Under the pieces are notes generated by a model. That model was not told where the DNA came from and searched no databases. It saw nothing but the letters and a program-made list of their open reading frames with translations. This document shows, piece after piece, positions 9,390-18,582 of a DNA stretch of 32,881 nucleotides (position 1 is the stretch's first letter; each line of letters begins with the position of its first letter). Source of the DNA: Silvanigrellaceae bacterium (GTDB lineage Bacteria; Bdellovibrionota_B; Oligoflexia; Silvanigrellales; Silvanigrellaceae); assembly GCA_049423385.1 (NCBI GenBank), contig JBMSQQ010000034.1, positions 1 to 32,881 on the forward strand, read 5' to 3'. The translations under genes and the position numbers were made by a program.

Positions 9390-10529
9390 TTATTTGAGGC
9401 GGATCTCTATGACAAAACCGTTGTTGTTGTTCTTGAATTCAAATTCGGTCTCGCAGGCGTGGGCGAGATCTATCCAGGTGATCAGACTGATGAGCGCGTA
9501 CAAGGTGTTCGGACTGTTTGCAGGTTCCGGAGCCATGGCCTGGAGACCCTTTTCAATGCGCTCATTCACGGCGGTTGTCGAATTGGTTGCAAGTGCAAGA
9601 TAGTCGTCCGGGATGGAAAGACCATCCACTTCCCAACGAGCCACAACCCGGCCCTGCACACTTTTGGCAGAAAAAACCACGCTGGCTCCGCGCCTTGCAA
9701 AATACGCAGACGCACGCCAGGGCCCAACCAGCAAGCGTCGCAAAAGACCTTCCTGCGCAGTGGCCTTGAGGGGCGTGACAATCGCGGATTCAATATTGAT
9801 GCCCTTGCGACGCCACGTTGTATCGAATGAATCTGCAACCTCTCGAAACACAACAGCGGCATCGAGTTGTTTGGGTGGATTCTTGCTGACCAGTTTGCTG
9901 ATCATCCCCTGGGGATCGTTGGCGAGATAGATTTCGAATTCATCGAGGCTGTCGACCACTTCGTTCCAGCGACGCTTGAGCAGATTGGCTGACTCGGAAA
10001 CTGCAGCGCCTCCTGCTTCAACTGGAGATCTGTCGGCAAGTGGTTTGACGTTCTGAAATGACTTCTCAGTGGCATAGGCGCGAACCTGGGAGACAAACTG
10101 AGAAAGCGCAAGTTCCGGCGCCGGTGGACCACGACGGCCTTCATCAACCTTGAGTCCACCACGCATCCATATCATTGCAACTGCAAAAGCTGAGTCGCCG
10201 GAGTGCAGCGGGAGAAGCCTTGAAAGTTCGGAACCCAAAAATCGAAGCACCAAAAGAAACGAGATCAACAGCCCAATCGAGGCGAGAAGCCCACCCAGCA
10301 CAGGGGGACTTCCTACTGCGATCATCCGGGCCGCAAAAAACGAGAAGACGGAAGCCACGGCGCCTGCAAAGATCAGGCCTCGGATTCTCTTCAATTGCAG
10401 AAATACCGAAATCAAAATCCGCACCGCGCGCGGCGCAGAGTCAGGAACCGTTGGCACGGCTGAAGACGCGATCGGTTTCCTTTTGCCCGAAGGGGCGTAC
10501 CAAGGTTCTGGATTGTTCAGCTGGCTCAA
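9390..10529 (-). CDS. Two-TM membrane protein with degenerate histidine-kinase ATPase-like C-terminal domain
   Basis: TTG 10529 has GGGAG 6 nt upstream and lies just after the recJ stop. Two hydrophobic helices are followed by a C-terminus that tracks the HATPase_c pattern without the N/G1/G2 residues. Confidence 0.65.
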   Translation of the reverse strand: MSQLNNPEPWYAPSGKRKPIASSAVPTVPDSAPRAVRILISVFLQLKRIRGLIFAGAVASVFSFFAARMIAVGSPPVLGGLLASIGLLISFLLVLRFLGSELSRLLPLHSGDSAFAVAMIWMRGGLKVDEGRRGPPAPELALSQFVSQVRAYATEKSFQNVKPLADRSPVEAGGAAVSESANLLKRRWNEVVDSLDEFEIYLANDPQGMISKLVSKNPPKQLDAAVVFREVADSFDTTWRRKGINIESAIVTPLKATAQEGLLRRLLVGPWRASAYFARRGASVVFSAKSVQGRVVARWEVDGLSIPDDYLALATNSTTAVNERIEKGLQAMAPEPANSPNTLYALISLITWIDLAHACETEFEFKNNNNGFVIEIRLK

Positions 10530-10551
10530 CGGGAACTCCCGATCGTCACAG

Positions 10552-12312
10552 TTAGTTCGACACAGCCAAATCAATGATGCGCAGTTCCGGCCTGACCCGA
10601 CCTCCCCATCGGGAAAGTCGTCCCTCAACCACCAGATCGACAGCTTCCTTGCTGGCAACAAATTGCTCAATTTCGGAAGCCAAGCCAAAAGCTGTCAGAG
10701 GCGCTGCAGAACTGTCGGACAGCCACACCCGTGCATGCTTTGAATTCGGAGCTTGACCAATGCGTTTACTATGCCCCAGCTTGACCCGTCTTATCAACCA
10801 CTTTGGCCGGGGATTTTCGGCTCCAAACGGCTCAAGAGTGTCCATCAGGGCACAAAGCCGTTCACTGAGAAGATCTACTTCAACAATCCCGTCCACCTCC
10901 AATTTGGGTGAAGGAATCCTTTCGCCCAGTGCAGTTCGAACTGAATTCTCAAAACTCTCCCTCAGCCAGTCGAAATCCTCGGGCTTCAACGTCATTCCCA
11001 CTGCGTAACCGTGACCGCCGAAAGAGACGAAGCGATCCCGCAGAGGTGACAAGGCATTGTAGAGGTCAAAACCGGCAATACTCCGACCGCTGCCTTTCAA
11101 CTTGCCATCCACCTCTGTCAGAATAAGCGTAGGCTTGTTGAGATTTTCGGCGACTCGAGACGCAACCAATCCAACGACCCCAGCGTGCCAATGGGGGTCA
11201 CACAAAACCACCGAATAATAGCCGCTGGACCACTGTCCGACTTTTTGCAAAGCTTGTTCGACAGCCTTCTTCTCCAACTCCTGTCGAGCTGAGTTTTCGC
11301 CATGAAGGAACTCGGCAAGCTCGAGTGAGCGGTCATCGTTGGTGGTCACCATCAACTCAACCGATGCCATCGCCGAGCCAAGTCGCCCGGCAGCATTCAA
11401 GCGTGGGCCAATCTTGAAACCCACGTCAGTGGCATCCACTGCACCATTGTCCGGCTTCCACCCCGCAAGGCGAAGCAAATGACAAAGTCCAGGCCGCTCG
11501 TTGTTCAAAACATGTTCATAAATAACCGCAAGGCCAACCCGACAGAGAATGTGATTCACGCCATTGAGGGGAGCCACGTCTGCAATCGTGCCGATGGCCA
11601 CGAAATCCAGAAATTTTTTGAGATTGATTTTCTCTGCGCGAGGATGACCCGCAGCACGCAGCTCTGCCCTGAGAGCAATCAACAAATAAAAGGCGACACC
11701 AACACCCGCCAGCATCTTGAACGGATAATCGCAACCAGGCTGTTTGGGATTGAGAATAGCGAATGCTTCAGGAAGCTGTGGCGGAGGTTCGTGATGATCT
11801 GTGATGATGACATCCAGACCCAGTTCACGCGCTTTTTCACAGGCAGCGAGCGCAGAAATTCCGTTGTCGACCGTGATGACCAGTGCAGATCCGTTGGCAG
11901 CTATTTTCTCGAGGCCGACGGGGTTCAGACCGTAACCCTCAAGAAGCCGATCCGGGATGTAGACCTCAACCTCGTATCCAAACTCGGCAAATGCCAGCTG
12001 GAGCATGGCACACGAGGTTGTTCCATCGACGTCGTAATCGCCAAAAATGACAATCCGCTCTCTGTTTTCCATTGCAGTGCGTATTCTGCCAACTGCTTTG
12101 GAAATATCCCTCATCGACTCCCACGTCGGAAGTTTGCCCAGCAGATCCCTGTCTGAAAGTTGACCCTTGTCTCCGGTTCCCCTCAGGTGCACCAACCGAT
12201 TTTCAAAAAATTTCTCATGATCACCAGGCGACAAAAGAGGCTCTGGTTTCAGAGCCCATCGGTAGCGGAGAGATTCACCCAACCACTGTACTTCTGAAAT
12301 GTCACCAGACAT
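10552..12312 (-). CDS. recJ: Single-stranded DNA 5'-3' exonuclease RecJ
   Basis: GDYDVDG, ITVDNG, ITDHH, GTIADV, PRLNAAGRL, GSGRS and FGGH motifs. Confidence 0.97.
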   Translation of the reverse strand: MSGDISEVQWLGESLRYRWALKPEPLLSPGDHEKFFENRLVHLRGTGDKGQLSDRDLLGKLPTWESMRDISKAVGRIRTAMENRERIVIFGDYDVDGTTSCAMLQLAFAEFGYEVEVYIPDRLLEGYGLNPVGLEKIAANGSALVITVDNGISALAACEKARELGLDVIITDHHEPPPQLPEAFAILNPKQPGCDYPFKMLAGVGVAFYLLIALRAELRAAGHPRAEKINLKKFLDFVAIGTIADVAPLNGVNHILCRVGLAVIYEHVLNNERPGLCHLLRLAGWKPDNGAVDATDVGFKIGPRLNAAGRLGSAMASVELMVTTNDDRSLELAEFLHGENSARQELEKKAVEQALQKVGQWSSGYYSVVLCDPHWHAGVVGLVASRVAENLNKPTLILTEVDGKLKGSGRSIAGFDLYNALSPLRDRFVSFGGHGYAVGMTLKPEDFDWLRESFENSVRTALGERIPSPKLEVDGIVEVDLLSERLCALMDTLEPFGAENPRPKWLIRRVKLGHSKRIGQAPNSKHARVWLSDSSAAPLTAFGLASEIEQFVASKEAVDLVVEGRLSRWGGRVRPELRIIDLAVSN

Positions 12313-12326
12313 GGTTCACGCCGACA

Positions 12327-13364
12327 TTATGAAGGGCGCCGACGAATGACGACCGGCGGAATTTCGTTGGGGTCTTTTTTCTGCTTCGCCTTCTGAACAG
12401 ATTCAGCAGGACGCCAACCATGTTTCTTAAGAACATCGTCCATATAAATTGTGAGAGGTGCAGCCACATAAATGGAAGAATATGTTCCAACAAGAATACC
12501 GATGAACATGGTCAGGGCGAAATCCTCGATCGCACCACCACCCAACACAGCCAAGACAATCAATGCCCCCAAACCCGTTGCCGAGGTCAAAACAGTGCGG
12601 TTCATGGTCTGGTTGATACTGCGATTGACGACGTCAAGAATTGGAGTTTTTGGCGCCAGAACCTGCATTTCGCGGATCCGGTCATAAACAATCACGGTGT
12701 CGTTGATCGAATAACCGACAATCGTCAGAAAGGCGGCAATCGACGATGTGGAGAAGGGTTTGTCGAGTGCAGTCATGAAACCAAGCGCAATAATCACGTC
12801 ATGCACAAGGCAAAGCACAGCACCCGGAGCAAAGCGCGAGTCGAACCGGAGAGAGATGTAAAGAAGAATTCCAACAAACGACAGCAAAAGTGCGAAATAA
12901 CCCTTGCGCTCCTCTTCCTTACCAATCTTGCCCGAAATGTTTGTTTTGGAATCGAGCTTGATTTTGTCGGCCCCAACCCCCGCCTCAAGCTTTTTGAAAA
13001 GCTCGTCTGCCTTGGTGCTGATCTCACGCTCATCCTGACCACGCTCGCGCTGAATTCGAACCACAAAAGATTCGCCTGCAGCTTTGGACTTGTCCGAAAG
13101 CGTCGTCACTTCAACTTTTCCAAGCCCTGCCTGTTCGGCAATCTTGAGGACCCTTTCCCGATTGAATTCAGGATCGGAGATCGTCACATTGACCTCGGCA
13201 CCACCGAGAAAGTCGATGCTGTAGTTGACGCCCTTCACCGCAATCACGATGATCGATGCAATCACCATTGCAATCGAAATGCCGATGCTCACGCCGCGCC
13301 ATTTCATGAAATCAATCGACAAGCTTGCAGGAAAGATTTCTATATTTCCAAATTTGAACGACAT
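12327..13364 (-). CDS. secF: Protein translocase subunit SecF
   Basis: IDFLGG, LVHDVII, LTIVGYSINDTVIVYDRIRE and GTYSSIYVA motifs; six TM segments. Confidence 0.97.
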   Translation of the reverse strand: MSFKFGNIEIFPASLSIDFMKWRGVSIGISIAMVIASIIVIAVKGVNYSIDFLGGAEVNVTISDPEFNRERVLKIAEQAGLGKVEVTTLSDKSKAAGESFVVRIQRERGQDEREISTKADELFKKLEAGVGADKIKLDSKTNISGKIGKEEERKGYFALLLSFVGILLYISLRFDSRFAPGAVLCLVHDVIIALGFMTALDKPFSTSSIAAFLTIVGYSINDTVIVYDRIREMQVLAPKTPILDVVNRSINQTMNRTVLTSATGLGALIVLAVLGGGAIEDFALTMFIGILVGTYSSIYVAAPLTIYMDDVLKKHGWRPAESVQKAKQKKDPNEIPPVVIRRRPS

Positions 13365-13388
13365 TTCGTAAACCTCAGAAAAACTTCT

Positions 13389-15209
13389 TCAACTGAATCG
13401 GCGAACGCGAGTCTTTTCGATGAGCCATTGGCCAATCACTTCCGTGACGTAGTACGACGTGAAAAGTGTCGAAATGATTCCGGCAAGCAACGTCACGGCG
13501 AAACCTTTCACGGCAGGGTTGCCATAGATAAGCAACACAACTCCTGCAACCGCCGAGGTCACATGGGCGTCAACCAGTGTTTCAAAACTGTGGTTGTAAC
13601 CTTTGTAGAATGCCTGTTTGGTGGTGAGTCCGGCGCGAATTTCCTCGCGGATACGCTCGTTGATAATCACGTTTCCGTCGACCGCCACGGCCATGGTCAA
13701 CACGATACCGGCAATGCCCGGAAGAGTCAGGGTTGCCCCGAAGGCTGCGAGAAAAGCAAGTATCAAAGCAACGTTGATGAGCATCGCGATGTTGGCAACG
13801 ATGCCCGACATTCCGTAGATGAAGACCATGAAGAAAATCACCAGCCCGGCAGCAATCGTCGAACTCAGCACACCGGCACGGATATTTTCTTCGCCCTCAC
13901 TTGGCCCCACCTGACGCTCTTCGATGATTTTAACACTCGCGGGCAATGCACCTGCACGCAAAACAAGTGCGAGGTCCTGGGCGTCTTTGCGTTGTTGCTC
14001 CATATCTTGTGAACGGCCGAGTGTGATTTGCGCGCGGCCGCCCAAAATAGGCTCGTTAACAACCGGAGAACTGGTGATGTTTTCATCCAAAATGATCGCG
14101 ATTTGATGAGGCGCATTTTGTGGTTCGCGCGCCTGTTTGGTGAGTTCACCAAACACCTTGGTTCCTTGCGGATTGAAGTTTAGACTCACAACGTATTGTG
14201 GCACGAGACTTCCCTGATCCGCTTGTTCGAGTGCACTTTCAATCATGTCGCCTGTCAGACGCGCCGTAGCCTCAACCAACATGGGAGTTGCGCTGACCAG
14301 CTTGGAAACGCCTCCTTCGCTGACCATTTTTCGATCGAGCATGACCGTGAGGGTCTTGCCGATCTTGCCCTTGTCACGCAGCCAAAGGGAGATTTTCTGC
14401 ATGGTCTCGGGCTTGGTGTCGTCTTTGGGGATGTTGAGAGCCGTGCGGGCTTCTTCGATGACACTTTCAAGTTGGTCGGGACGCAGCTCTGCAGAAACAA
14501 GACGAAAATCCAGTTGGGCAGTGTTGCCAATCAGCTGCTTTGCACGCGCAGGATCTTGAAGTCCGGGCATCTGCACAACCACACGACGGTCGCCCTGTCT
14601 GAAAATATTTGGCTCAGCCACGCCGAATTGATCGATTCGGTTGCGGATGGTGTTGATAGCCTGTTGAAGAATTTCGGCGCTGTAATTTGTGACTGTGGAA
14701 GGATTGGCGACAAACATCGCTTTCTTGCCATCAGCCTTGTCGAACTGAATCAGGATGGTCTGCTCAGAGACAATCTTCTTGAAAGCATCAACCTTGCCCG
14801 CATCCTCAAGTTCGACCGCGGTGGCGTAGTTGTCCTCAACCACCGCCGACTGCGACTTGATTCCTTCTTTTTCGGCCAGATCGCGCGCCCGGTTCATCGC
14901 ACGCGAGATGGTGTCGCGCACAGACTTTTCAACATCGACTTCCAAAACGAGGTGCAAGCCACCACGCAGGTCGAGACCCAATGAAATGCGTTGCGCAGGA
15001 AGAACAGTTTCAGCCACGCGGTGATACCATTTGACCGGTTTGCCCAGGGTTTCGCCTTCAGCAGGCGTTTCTCGCGGCCACGACTGCGGCTCGCCCAGGA
15101 ACGTGGGAAGTGTAAACAGAAGCGCAAATCCTATTGCACAAATCGTCAAAGAAAACTTGACCCACCACATCAGCGGCAGACCGGTGAACTTACCCTGGCC
15201 TTTTTCCAT
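13389..15209 (-). CDS. secD: Protein translocase subunit SecD
   Basis: LGLDLRGG, RIDQFGVAEP, LRAGALPA and TLTLPGIAGIVLTMAVAVDGNVIINERIREE motifs. Confidence 0.97.
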   Translation of the reverse strand: MEKGQGKFTGLPLMWWVKFSLTICAIGFALLFTLPTFLGEPQSWPRETPAEGETLGKPVKWYHRVAETVLPAQRISLGLDLRGGLHLVLEVDVEKSVRDTISRAMNRARDLAEKEGIKSQSAVVEDNYATAVELEDAGKVDAFKKIVSEQTILIQFDKADGKKAMFVANPSTVTNYSAEILQQAINTIRNRIDQFGVAEPNIFRQGDRRVVVQMPGLQDPARAKQLIGNTAQLDFRLVSAELRPDQLESVIEEARTALNIPKDDTKPETMQKISLWLRDKGKIGKTLTVMLDRKMVSEGGVSKLVSATPMLVEATARLTGDMIESALEQADQGSLVPQYVVSLNFNPQGTKVFGELTKQAREPQNAPHQIAIILDENITSSPVVNEPILGGRAQITLGRSQDMEQQRKDAQDLALVLRAGALPASVKIIEERQVGPSEGEENIRAGVLSSTIAAGLVIFFMVFIYGMSGIVANIAMLINVALILAFLAAFGATLTLPGIAGIVLTMAVAVDGNVIINERIREEIRAGLTTKQAFYKGYNHSFETLVDAHVTSAVAGVVLLIYGNPAVKGFAVTLLAGIISTLFTSYYVTEVIGQWLIEKTRVRRFS

Positions 15210-15310
15210 AGCCCGACCATCCTCGGAAAGAGCGAACGTTCAAACGATAATAAGGTGGGAGCATATCAACAAAGCGATGACTTTGGCCAGACGGAAAGCC
15301 AATTTTCACC

Positions 15311-15357
15311 AAATAAAACACCCCCCCTGAACGATGCAAATCAACGCCAGGGGGGTT
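15311..15357 (-). terminator. Probable intrinsic terminator between yajC and secD
   Basis: Minus-strand CCCCCCTG...CAGGGGGG stem followed by TGTTTTATTT. Confidence 0.6.
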
Positions 15358-15400
15358 GCTGATGTCACTCGGCTGCAAAGCCCGGAGCTATCCTGCTTGT

Positions 15401-15856
15401 TTATTGTGCAGGCTGCAGACTTGGCTTTCCGAGTTCGCCGGAAATGGTCGACTTCAGAACGCGCACCGACGTGCTGCCGAGGTCCAAAGTCACAATAGTG
15501 TCAGTGATGGAGGTGATGCGGCCAATCAATCCACTGGCGGTGACAACTTCCATCCCGGTTTTCAGGCTCTCGATAAAGTTCTTGTGTTCCTTTTGGCGCT
15601 TTTGCTGCGGACGAATGACGAAAAAGAACATGAACAAAATCATGCCGCCGAAAATCACCAGGTTCATCCAGGCTGGGGCAGCTCCGGAAGCTGCAGCTGC
15701 GTCACCCGCAGGGGCAGCTCCACCAGGAACAACAACCACGGGCGCATCTGTTGATGGATTTCCCTGTGCCAAAGCCAAAACCGGCAATGCAAAAGTCGCA
15801 ATGGAAGCCGAGGCAGTGGCATAAAGACGCGCAATAGAATTCTTACAATTCATCAT
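15401..15856 (-). CDS. yajC: Preprotein translocase subunit YajC with N-terminal extension
   Basis: FFVIRPQQKRQKEH and LKTGMEVVTASGLIG motifs, directly upstream of secD. AGGGAG precedes ATG 15856. Confidence 0.93.
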   Translation of the reverse strand: MMNCKNSIARLYATASASIATFALPVLALAQGNPSTDAPVVVVPGGAAPAGDAAAASGAAPAWMNLVIFGGMILFMFFFVIRPQQKRQKEHKNFIESLKTGMEVVTASGLIGRITSITDTIVTLDLGSTSVRVLKSTISGELGKPSLQPAQ

Positions 15857-15885
15857 TCTGAAAGTCTCCCTGTTACGCAGTTGCG

Positions 15886-15918
15886 AAAAGAAAAATGAAC
15901 GAGCCGACCGGCTCGTCC
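15886..15918 (-). terminator. Possible terminator after the acyl-CoA dehydrogenase gene
   Basis: Minus-strand ACGAGCC-GGTC-GGCTCGT hairpin followed by TCATTTTTCTTTT. Confidence 0.45.
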
Positions 15919-15951
15919 CCTTATTGTCCGCAACCATCGTTGCGCGCTTCT

Positions 15952-17118
15952 TTAACGGTTCAGGCAAAGCTTTGCAATCGTCTGCAACTGCATGTTGGAG
16001 GTGCCTTCGTAGATTTTGCCAATCTTTGCATCCCGGTAAAACTTTTCAGCAGGAAATTCCTTGATAAATCCGTAGCCGCCGAAAAGCTCCAATGCCAGGC
16101 TGGACACCCGCTCAGCCACGTCACTGGCAAAATGCTTGGCCATAGCTGCCTCACGGACAAAATCCATGCCTGCATCCTTCAAACGCGCAGCGTTGTATAC
16201 CATCAGCTTGGCCGCCTCGATGTCGATAGCCATCTGGGCGATCTGGAACTGAACACCCTGGAATTCGGTCAGCTGCTTTCCAAATTGTTCACGCTGTTTG
16301 ACGTAGGTCATGGCAGCGGTGTAGGCGCCTTCCGCCAATCCCAGCATTTGCGCAGCAATGCCGATGCGACCCTCGTTGAGGGTTTCGATGGCAATCTTGT
16401 AACCCTTGCCCACCTCTCCCAACAAATTCTCCTTGGGAATTTTGCAGTCTTCAAAAATCACTTCGCACGTGCTGCTCGCACGGATTCCAAGTTTGATTTC
16501 CTTCTTGCCCAGAGCAAATCCCGGCATTCCCTTTTCAACCACAAAAGCCGTGATTCCCTTGTAACCAAGCTCAGGGTTCAAGTTCGCGAACACGATAAAA
16601 ATGTCTGCTTCCTTGGCATTGGTGATGAACACCTTTTTTCCATTCAAACGATAATGGGAGCCTTCATCCCAGGCGCGCGTCCGCAGAGCAAAAGCGTCGG
16701 ACCCGCTGTTGGGTTCCGTCAAACAATATGAACCAACTTTATTTGCTGTGAGTTGGGGAAGATACTTGTTGCGAAGATGTTCGCTTCCCCACTTCATGAA
16801 TGCGTTTTCAACCAACGTGTTTTGCACGTCCATCAATACGCTGACACTGGGGTCGACCTGGGCGAGGGCTTCGATGATCAAAATCGCATTGAAAAAAGTA
16901 CTGCCCGCGCCACCATATTTTTCAGGAACTTCAACACCCATAAAGCCAAGCTCATGCATCTTGCGGATGATTCCCGGATCCATCGTTTCCGACTCGTCCA
17001 TTTTGTGGACAAGGGGCGCTATTTCACGCTTGGCGAAATCGAGCGCAGACTGAAAGAACATCTTTTCATCTTCAGAAAGATGAGTGAGTGGGAGTGCTTT
17101 GCTGTGTGTATCGGTCAT
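15952..17118 (-). CDS. Acyl-CoA dehydrogenase, short/branched-chain (ACADSB-like)
   Basis: YCLTEPNSGSDAFAL, KLGIRASST, LNEGRIGIAAQ, REQFG and RDAKIGKIYEGTSN motifs. The DVQNTL segment recalls the short/branched-chain subfamily. Confidence 0.92.
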   Translation of the reverse strand: MTDTHSKALPLTHLSEDEKMFFQSALDFAKREIAPLVHKMDESETMDPGIIRKMHELGFMGVEVPEKYGGAGSTFFNAILIIEALAQVDPSVSVLMDVQNTLVENAFMKWGSEHLRNKYLPQLTANKVGSYCLTEPNSGSDAFALRTRAWDEGSHYRLNGKKVFITNAKEADIFIVFANLNPELGYKGITAFVVEKGMPGFALGKKEIKLGIRASSTCEVIFEDCKIPKENLLGEVGKGYKIAIETLNEGRIGIAAQMLGLAEGAYTAAMTYVKQREQFGKQLTEFQGVQFQIAQMAIDIEAAKLMVYNAARLKDAGMDFVREAAMAKHFASDVAERVSSLALELFGGYGFIKEFPAEKFYRDAKIGKIYEGTSNMQLQTIAKLCLNR

Positions 17119-17219
17119 GGTTCAATCCTTCTTCCTGAAAAACGCCTCAACCCTGGGTCAAGATTGCCGCTTGGGGTCAGCTTAGTGTGACTGATTTCCC
17201 ATATGCAACATGTCGGCAT

Positions 17220-18572
17220 TTATTTTGCCAAAACTTGAAGAACCGACTTGAGAACCAGATCAAATTCCTGGGCGCGCGAGATCAAGGGCGGGGTAAAAGA
17301 CAGCACATCCCCCCTCGGACCCGAGGGCAGGGTTATAAAGCCAAGTTCAAGGAGTTGTTCAGATATTCCGGCAGCAAAACCAGGTGTAGCCTTCGGAAAC
17401 CAAAGACCACGCATGAATCCCCGACCGCGGATGACAACCGGATTTGTCTTTTCCAGACCCGATGATCCATAGGACTCAATGAACCTGGAAAAACTCTGGT
17501 CAATTCTCAAACATTCCCGCTTAAATTCAGGAAGCCGACGGATGATTTCACTCACGGCAGCATGTCCCACGGCACAAGCCAGGGGGTGCCCCAAAAAGGT
17601 GCTGGTGTGGCGTGCTTCACCTGTCGATCGTCCCCAGGCATCCATGCAATCGCCCACGCAGGCACTCAAGGGGAGTCCACCGCCCAACGCCTTTCCCAGC
17701 ACCATGATGTCAGGAACAACTCCATCGTGCTCGTAACCGAAGAGTGAGCCGGTGCGACCCAATCCGGTATAAATTTCATCAAAAACAAGCAGAGTCCCAT
17801 ATTTATGAGCCAACTTTTGAACGTGTGAAATGAAACCTGCGGGCCACGTTCTCTCACCGCCGCGACCCTGCAATGGCTCCATCACCACGGCTGCAATATT
17901 TCTTCCCTTCAAGGCGTCCTCGAGTTTTTCAAGGACAGTATCCCAGTGTTCAAGGCCATGCGTGGATTGATAAAATTTTTCATCGAGATCGTCGCAGCCC
18001 AAACTCAAATCCAATTGGGTCCTTGGGAACGGAAGAACGATATTTTTGTCCTGCAGCCACGGCTCAAAACCACGGGTGAATGTCTGGCGGTCGGAAAGTG
18101 CAAGCGGACCAAAATGAAGTCCATGATAGCCGCCCGAAAAACTTATAAAACGATGTCTCCCGGTGACGACCATCGCTGTCTTGAGTGCCGATTCCATGGC
18201 CTCGCCACCAGAGAGGCTCAAAATCGACTTGGCCGCATCATAGGGTGTGATACGGGCCAACAACTCCAACAGCTGAACTTTCGAAGCCGATGGATGAACA
18301 TCACCCATGCCATGAATCAATTTGGATGCCTGGGAGCGCAACGCCTTCTGCACCACAGGATGCCCAAGACCCAGCGCCACCACGCCGAAGCATCCGCTGA
18401 AATCCAGATACTTGATGCCATCGACGTCGGTCACATTCAGACCGCGCGCCTTTTTCATCATGATAGGAAACTTTTCAGAAACAAAAGTCACATCAGGCGA
18501 CTCGACTCTCTGCAGTCGGGCCAGCCATCTTTGACTCTCTTTCATGCTGCGTGTGCGACGCTTTTGCGTCAT
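17220..18572 (-). CDS. PLP-dependent class III aminotransferase (GabT/ArgD-like)
   Basis: SGGEAME, GYHG, MEPLQGRGG, FDEIYTGLGRTG, PDIMVLGKALGGG and STFLGHP motifs. ATG 18572 starts about 10 nt after the icmF stop. Confidence 0.92.
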   Translation of the reverse strand: MTQKRRTRSMKESQRWLARLQRVESPDVTFVSEKFPIMMKKARGLNVTDVDGIKYLDFSGCFGVVALGLGHPVVQKALRSQASKLIHGMGDVHPSASKVQLLELLARITPYDAAKSILSLSGGEAMESALKTAMVVTGRHRFISFSGGYHGLHFGPLALSDRQTFTRGFEPWLQDKNIVLPFPRTQLDLSLGCDDLDEKFYQSTHGLEHWDTVLEKLEDALKGRNIAAVVMEPLQGRGGERTWPAGFISHVQKLAHKYGTLLVFDEIYTGLGRTGSLFGYEHDGVVPDIMVLGKALGGGLPLSACVGDCMDAWGRSTGEARHTSTFLGHPLACAVGHAAVSEIIRRLPEFKRECLRIDQSFSRFIESYGSSGLEKTNPVVIRGRGFMRGLWFPKATPGFAAGISEQLLELGFITLPSGPRGDVLSFTPPLISRAQEFDLVLKSVLQVLAK

Positions 18573-18582
18573 GGATTTTCCT

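Noticed and set aside
10530..10688. Long overlap between recJ and the downstream ORF as given in the track
   Set aside because: A TTG start at 10529 with a good RBS removes the overlap.
12420..14012. 530-aa plus-strand ORF antisense to secF/secD
   Set aside because: It is a shadow ORF of conserved genes and has no recognisable motifs.
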